Shown: positions 16,057-20,000 of the stretch, one piece after another
How positions within the stretch are numbered: the first letter of the stretch is position 1
How the letters are laid out: the number at the start of each line of letters is the position of its first letter
IMG/VR virus record: IMGVR_UViG_3300025701_000008
Reading direction: 5' to 3' (one strand)
DNA length: 20,000 bases
Source: an uncultured virus (IMG/VR IMGVR_UViG_3300025701_000008)
Taxonomy: Duplodnaviria > Heunggongvirae > Uroviricota > Caudoviricetes
Notes under the pieces: model-generated
The model's database searches: none
Seen by the model: the letters and a program-made list of their open reading frames with translations, nothing else
Told to the model about the DNA's origin: nothing
Made by a program: the position numbers and the translations under genes

Positions 16057-16801
16057 TATACTCTATAGTAAAACCATAATCACTATCAGGGTTTACATCA
16101 ATTGGTGTCGGTGTAATATTTATATTGGTGACAAATTGGTCTGGGTCAAGTGTATGTAGATTAAGATTGACTTCGCGAATAACTTTACTATTATTAATAG
16201 GGCCGTAGAAGTTAATCTTCATATCAAAATTTAAATTATATATGATAGTTCTGCGTTGGTCTATAGACCCTTCAAAATCATCTTGAAAATCTACACCTGT
16301 CAGTGTAACAGGAACATCTTCTGTAACATCAGGGAGATCTATAAATGGTTTTACTGATATGGTATACTGTGGAGCAAAGTATGGGATAATCTGTTCAACT
16401 ATTTGTAAAGCATCATCCTGAGACTTAGCGTAAACACTAAGTTGAAATCCCATCACATATGGAACGCCCGCGTACAAACTGCGTCTAGAATCTTGGTCTG
16501 ACTGTAGTTTAAAATTATTCATCTTAGGCAGCTGTCTCTGAGGGTCATAATTCATACTTACGACTTCAAAAGACATCCGAGGTAGTTTGACAGCAACGCG
16601 ACGTTCAGCCTCCTCCCCCTGAGTCATTTCTTCTAGACGTTCAATAAAGTTTCTTTTTGGCGCATAGGACAACGGAACCTTTAACTGAGACAATACTGAA
16701 CCGTCTGCTTTTGTTCTCACAACATTTATGTCATTAAACAATGAGCCGAATACAGCAACAGCAGTCCGTACTCTTTTGTTATAAAAATAATTACCAAACA
16801 T
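16037..16801 (-). CDS. gp15: Tail sheath stabiliser / tail terminator (T4 gp15)
   Basis: MFGNYFYN...FGSLFNDI...KVPLSYAPK...LPRMSFE...QDDALQIVEQIIPYF...RRTIIYNLNF. Confidence 0.95.
   Translation of the reverse strand: MFGNYFYNKRVRTAVAVFGSLFNDINVVRTKADGSVLSQLKVPLSYAPKRNFIERLEEMTQGEEAERRVAVKLPRMSFEVVSMNYDPQRQLPKMNNFKLQSDQDSRRSLYAGVPYVMGFQLSVYAKSQDDALQIVEQIIPYFAPQYTISVKPFIDLPDVTEDVPVTLTGVDFQDDFEGSIDQRRTIIYNLNFDMKINFYGPINNSKVIREVNLNLHTLDPDQFVTNINITPTPIDVNPDSDYGFTIEYNDEQFE
16117..16124 (-). promoter_or_regulatory. Candidate late promoter for gp16-gp17, inside the gp15 3' end
   Basis: TATAAATA about 60 nt upstream of the gp16 start. Intragenic, so a chance match is possible. Confidence 0.5.
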
Positions 16802-18516
16802 TATGATATATCCCCGAATGGATTGGATTCCGAAAAGTCAACAAAATCTGATTCGAAATCATCAAAGATTTTATTCTGACTTAATGGTTGAATTTCATTA
16901 TAGTCCGAGTTTATTGATTCTGGGAAAAATATAGCATCTTCTCCAATGAATGGTCGGTCTGTGGTAAATTGGTGATATTCCCCATCAGTTGCGCCCATAT
17001 GGGCAACCTTTAATATTAGAGTTTCACTGTTCCACGAAGTGACTTCCCCCTCCATATCATAACCATCAAACTCTTGACGAACCGTACTACCAGTCGCGTA
17101 GAATCCGAGTATGCCTGGGTTTTCTACTTCTAACAACGGCGCATAGTTATATAGATGTCCCGCATTTACTATATTTACACCTGTTACTACTCCATCGGTA
17201 AGTACGAGTTCTAACTCGGCAGACACCCCGTCGAAATGATTTAAGTGAGCTGTATAACTATTAGCAACAAACTCTTCATCTGGTATAAATAATTCTCCAC
17301 CGGAATCTATGCGATAATCTAGTATTTGTGAATATACACCCACCTGTGCGTGGAATTCATCAATCCACCCACTCATAGGTTTCCAATCTATACTATTCAC
17401 TGAACCTGCCGCAGTATAACCTATACGGAAAGATTCTGTTGATATGAAGTTTTGGGTTTCAGGGAAGGTTAATGTGTCAGATAGTATCCCGTCAATATAA
17501 ATCTTCATCGTCTGGTCTTCAACAAATACACCAATATGATTCCAATCTTCAACGTCTAAGTGGGCATTAGTAGTGTATATAGAATCATCCGCGTATGTTC
17601 CAAAAACAATTGCGCCTAGACTATCATAACCAAATATATACCTTTTAGATAAATCGGTAGTTTCATTACCACCCGTAATTATCATTGCTGAGTAGTCACC
17701 TATTTCGGGTAAAAACGCGGGGTACACAAAGAATTCCACAGAACCATGATTAGAGTTTTGTGAATAATAACCCTCAAATCCTTTTTGTGCTACCACGTTA
17801 AGTGAGTTATCACCAAAGTAACCATAATCGGGAGTAGGTGCTGGAATATTTACTTCAGGTATTCTAGTATAACCAGAACCACCATCTATAATATCAACTT
17901 GAGTAATCTCGCCTTGAACATTCACGTGTGCTACTAATTCAGCATCAAGTGTGTCCGGAGAAATCATTTGAATTTCATGTTGATAAGCATGTTCTTCTTC
18001 AACAACATCAATTTCATCAATACCAGTATCAAAGTCTTCGTCGTTATATTCAAATAACTCGCATTGCATACGGAATAGAGGTAACTGGTTCAATTGATAG
18101 AAAGGAGACTCTGTCTCAACTTTCATAATCTGGAACAATGACTGTGATAGAGGAAGGTAAATTACATCACCCTCTCTTGGTCTGAACTGCTGTTGTTCTA
18201 GACGGTCGCCCACCAGTTCTCGCCACCTGCGTCGCGCAATAACAAATGTGGCTTGGTCTCGGAGTTCTATACCAAATTTAGTGAACAGGTCGCCCTCACC
18301 ATCAAACCCATCAGTGTTTTCTATATACACTTCTACCTTATAGGCATCTGAGAAATGAGAAGGTACGTCATCTAAAAATATTTCATCTACATTAACGAGT
18401 TCTCTTGGGAGATAATATATATCCTGACCATAGAATTTAATCGATTCAACAATTAAATCCTCATATAGATTTTGTTCTGGTCTATGACCTTGACTTATAT
18501 ACGGATTAGTTGCCAT
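16801..18516 (-). CDS. gp14: Neck protein (T4 gp14) with a large internal insertion containing a LamG/ConA-like domain
   Basis: N-terminal EQNLYEDLIVESIKFYGQDIYYLPR...GFDGEGDLFTKFGIE...RPREGDVIYLP...CELFEY and C-terminal DFSESNPFG. 571 aa, located between gp13 and gp15. Confidence 0.93.
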   Translation of the reverse strand: MATNPYISQGHRPEQNLYEDLIVESIKFYGQDIYYLPRELVNVDEIFLDDVPSHFSDAYKVEVYIENTDGFDGEGDLFTKFGIELRDQATFVIARRRWRELVGDRLEQQQFRPREGDVIYLPLSQSLFQIMKVETESPFYQLNQLPLFRMQCELFEYNDEDFDTGIDEIDVVEEEHAYQHEIQMISPDTLDAELVAHVNVQGEITQVDIIDGGSGYTRIPEVNIPAPTPDYGYFGDNSLNVVAQKGFEGYYSQNSNHGSVEFFVYPAFLPEIGDYSAMIITGGNETTDLSKRYIFGYDSLGAIVFGTYADDSIYTTNAHLDVEDWNHIGVFVEDQTMKIYIDGILSDTLTFPETQNFISTESFRIGYTAAGSVNSIDWKPMSGWIDEFHAQVGVYSQILDYRIDSGGELFIPDEEFVANSYTAHLNHFDGVSAELELVLTDGVVTGVNIVNAGHLYNYAPLLEVENPGILGFYATGSTVRQEFDGYDMEGEVTSWNSETLILKVAHMGATDGEYHQFTTDRPFIGEDAIFFPESINSDYNEIQPLSQNKIFDDFESDFVDFSESNPFGDIS

Positions 18517-18519
18517 TTT

Positions 18520-19290
18520 TTACCCCACGAAGAAGATTGGGCCTTCATCTTCCTCCTCACGAAACTTTTCCATAATCTTATCTATATCCTGTATAGCATC
18601 TTCATATATTTGACGAGCATTAACAGTAACTCCGCCAGGTAACACCATACCATCAAACTTAATTAGGTTGGTACCCCATTGTCTCTTAATGAGTGCGGTG
18701 GCATATGATTTAAGGAAACGATGATTCCATAGCGAGTTATATTCACTTATACTATCATCAGGAGAACGAATACCATATACTTCAAACAAAACAAAATCAC
18801 CGACAGTGAGTTTAGATTTACTAATATGAATATTAATTCTATTAAACTGTCGGTCAAACGTAATCGTAGGAGCAACAGCGAGAGTAGAATCCAAAAGAGA
18901 AAGGTGCTGCTGCATTTGTTCGTAATGAGCAAGGTCGCCCAATATACCGTTACCATTAGTGAAATCACTCACAGTAAACTTCATAAACTGCCACGCATCA
19001 CTAAACCATCCAGTCTGAGAAGTGCTGAATGACATGGGAATCATGCGCACCACACTCAATAAATCGATATTATCTTCGAAGTCGATAAACTGGTTATCTA
19101 CATCAGTTTGAGTTAGTTGGTGTTTTAGGTAATATCTTTTAGAACCATCCGGATGAAATTCACGAAACCATTGTAAGGCCTCATCGATTCGGTCATCTAA
19201 TTGTTCTTCGTCAATGTTTATATCTACTACTGGATGACCCAAAGCACGTAGACAATAATCCATCAATTCTTCTCTGCTAGTTGAATACAT
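18520..19290 (-). CDS. gp13: Neck protein (T4 gp13)
   Basis: SREELMDYCLRALGHPVVDINIDEEQLDDRIDEALQ and LKSYATALIKRQWGTNLIKFDGMVLPGGVTVN. Confidence 0.96.
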   Translation of the reverse strand: MYSTSREELMDYCLRALGHPVVDINIDEEQLDDRIDEALQWFREFHPDGSKRYYLKHQLTQTDVDNQFIDFEDNIDLLSVVRMIPMSFSTSQTGWFSDAWQFMKFTVSDFTNGNGILGDLAHYEQMQQHLSLLDSTLAVAPTITFDRQFNRINIHISKSKLTVGDFVLFEVYGIRSPDDSISEYNSLWNHRFLKSYATALIKRQWGTNLIKFDGMVLPGGVTVNARQIYEDAIQDIDKIMEKFREEEDEGPIFFVG

Positions 19291-19317
19291 TATTATGTCC
19301 TAAAGTTATTCTAGTTC

Positions 19318-19325
19318 TATTTATA
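19318..19325 (-). promoter_or_regulatory. T4-type late promoter for the gp13 operon
   Basis: Intergenic TATAAATA, about 27 nt upstream of the gp13 ATG and directly after a terminator. Confidence 0.85.
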
Positions 19326-19340
19326 CGTTTTGTATCGCAC

Positions 19341-19367
19341 AAAAAAAAGGGACTCCGAAGAGTCCCC
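19341..19367 (-). terminator. Rho-independent terminator with a C(UUCG)G tetraloop
   Basis: Minus strand GGGACTC-TTCG-GAGTCCC followed by a T8 run. Confidence 0.93.
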
Positions 19368-19392
19368 TTTAACATACTACTTATTAGTAATA

Positions 19393-20000
19393 TTAGTTTA
19401 CAATAGTACCATTGATATCATAGATGTCGATACGGTAATGAGAAGGAGCTTGTCCACCCAAACCGTTTGCGTCAGTAGATGATGCTACATGTAATAGCGC
19501 AGCAGTTTCTTGTTCGTCAATCTTGATTTCACCAGTGACTGAATCGTAAATGATACATAGACCACCAGACAATACCGACTTAGTACGTTCCGGAGTCCAG
19601 TACTTGTTAGCACCTTCACCTATGTTACTAGTAGTCCATGCCTCAATTACATCAATTCTATCGTCATGGTCATTTAATGTCAGACCGTGGTCAAAAATTG
19701 TACCTTGGGCATTAAACATGTCTACCTGTAAGGTATCAATGTCTGAACCGTTACTACCAACAGCGGCTATTAGGTCGCCATCAGCATTTTGGAACGCAGC
19801 AACAATCTCGGCGAGTGAGTCAAGTGCAGCAGAATCAGTATTAGTCTTAATAAAGTCTATCTGACCCTGTAAGGCATCATCTGCCGATTGGCGAGCATCA
19901 ATCTCGTCAGTTATAAGACTACGGAGAGCAGAATCTAAACTAGATACTACACCACGGTCTGAATCAACATGACTTTCTAAAGTAGATACACGGACTTCCA
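19393..20000 (-). CDS. C-terminal part of a coiled-coil fibre/structural protein (fibritin position); 5' end is outside the window
   Basis: The frame of ORF 19393..19719 stays open to the window edge: ...EVRVSTLESHVDSDRGVVSSLDSALRSLITDEIDARQSADDALQGQIDFIKTNTDSAALDSLAEIVAAFQNADGDL...DMFNAQG. Shows heptad character and phage-fibre-like motifs. Confidence 0.7.
   Translation of the reverse strand, partial: EVRVSTLESHVDSDRGVVSSLDSALRSLITDEIDARQSADDALQGQIDFIKTNTDSAALDSLAEIVAAFQNADGDLIAAVGSNGSDIDTLQVDMFNAQGTIFDHGLTLNDHDDRIDVIEAWTTSNIGEGANKYWTPERTKSVLSGGLCIIYDSVTGEIKIDEQETAALLHVASSTDANGLGGQAPSHYRIDIYDINGTIVN

Noticed and set aside
55..19864. Many + strand ORFs in the track (e.g. 1717-2019, 5358-5693, 5771-6118, 6528-6926, 7889-8197, 9905-10231, 13409-13711, 19550-19864)
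   Set aside because: They are antisense shadows of well-supported minus-strand genes, with no recognisable motifs and no evident RBS.
1..20000. tRNA genes, CRISPR arrays, tandem repeats or stop-codon recoding
   Set aside because: Intergenic gaps are short and largely explained by promoters and terminators, no repeat arrays were seen, and core genes translate to full length with the standard code.

Overview
This window is the core late and recombination region of a T4-like myophage with a marine, cyanophage/pelagiphage-like gene order. Essentially all real genes are on the minus strand. In reading order: the C-terminus of a coiled-coil fibre gene in the fibritin position, gp13, gp14, gp15, gp16, gp17, gp18, gp19, gp20, gp67-like, a GT32-like glycosyltransferase, gp68-like, gp21, gp22, gp23, gp3, a 2OG-Fe(II)-oxygenase-like gene, uvsY, uvsW, a conserved small gene, a TagD-like cytidylyltransferase, gp55, and gp47 (truncated, missing from the ORF track). 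T4-type late promoters (TATAAATA), near-consensus sigma70 promoters and UUCG-loop terminators are visible. Main points of interest: (1) modifying enzymes translationally coupled into the head and tail operons, with non-canonical metal-binding motifs, which may form a virion-modification system; (2) a LamG/ConA-like lectin domain inserted into neck protein gp14; (3) a perfect-consensus sigma70 promoter on the plus strand firing antisense into the uvsW operon, with a late-promoter-like octamer on the opposite strand inside its spacer; (4) an operator-like palindrome in the uvsY promoter. All protein calls come from motif recognition and synteny by eye, not from database searches.
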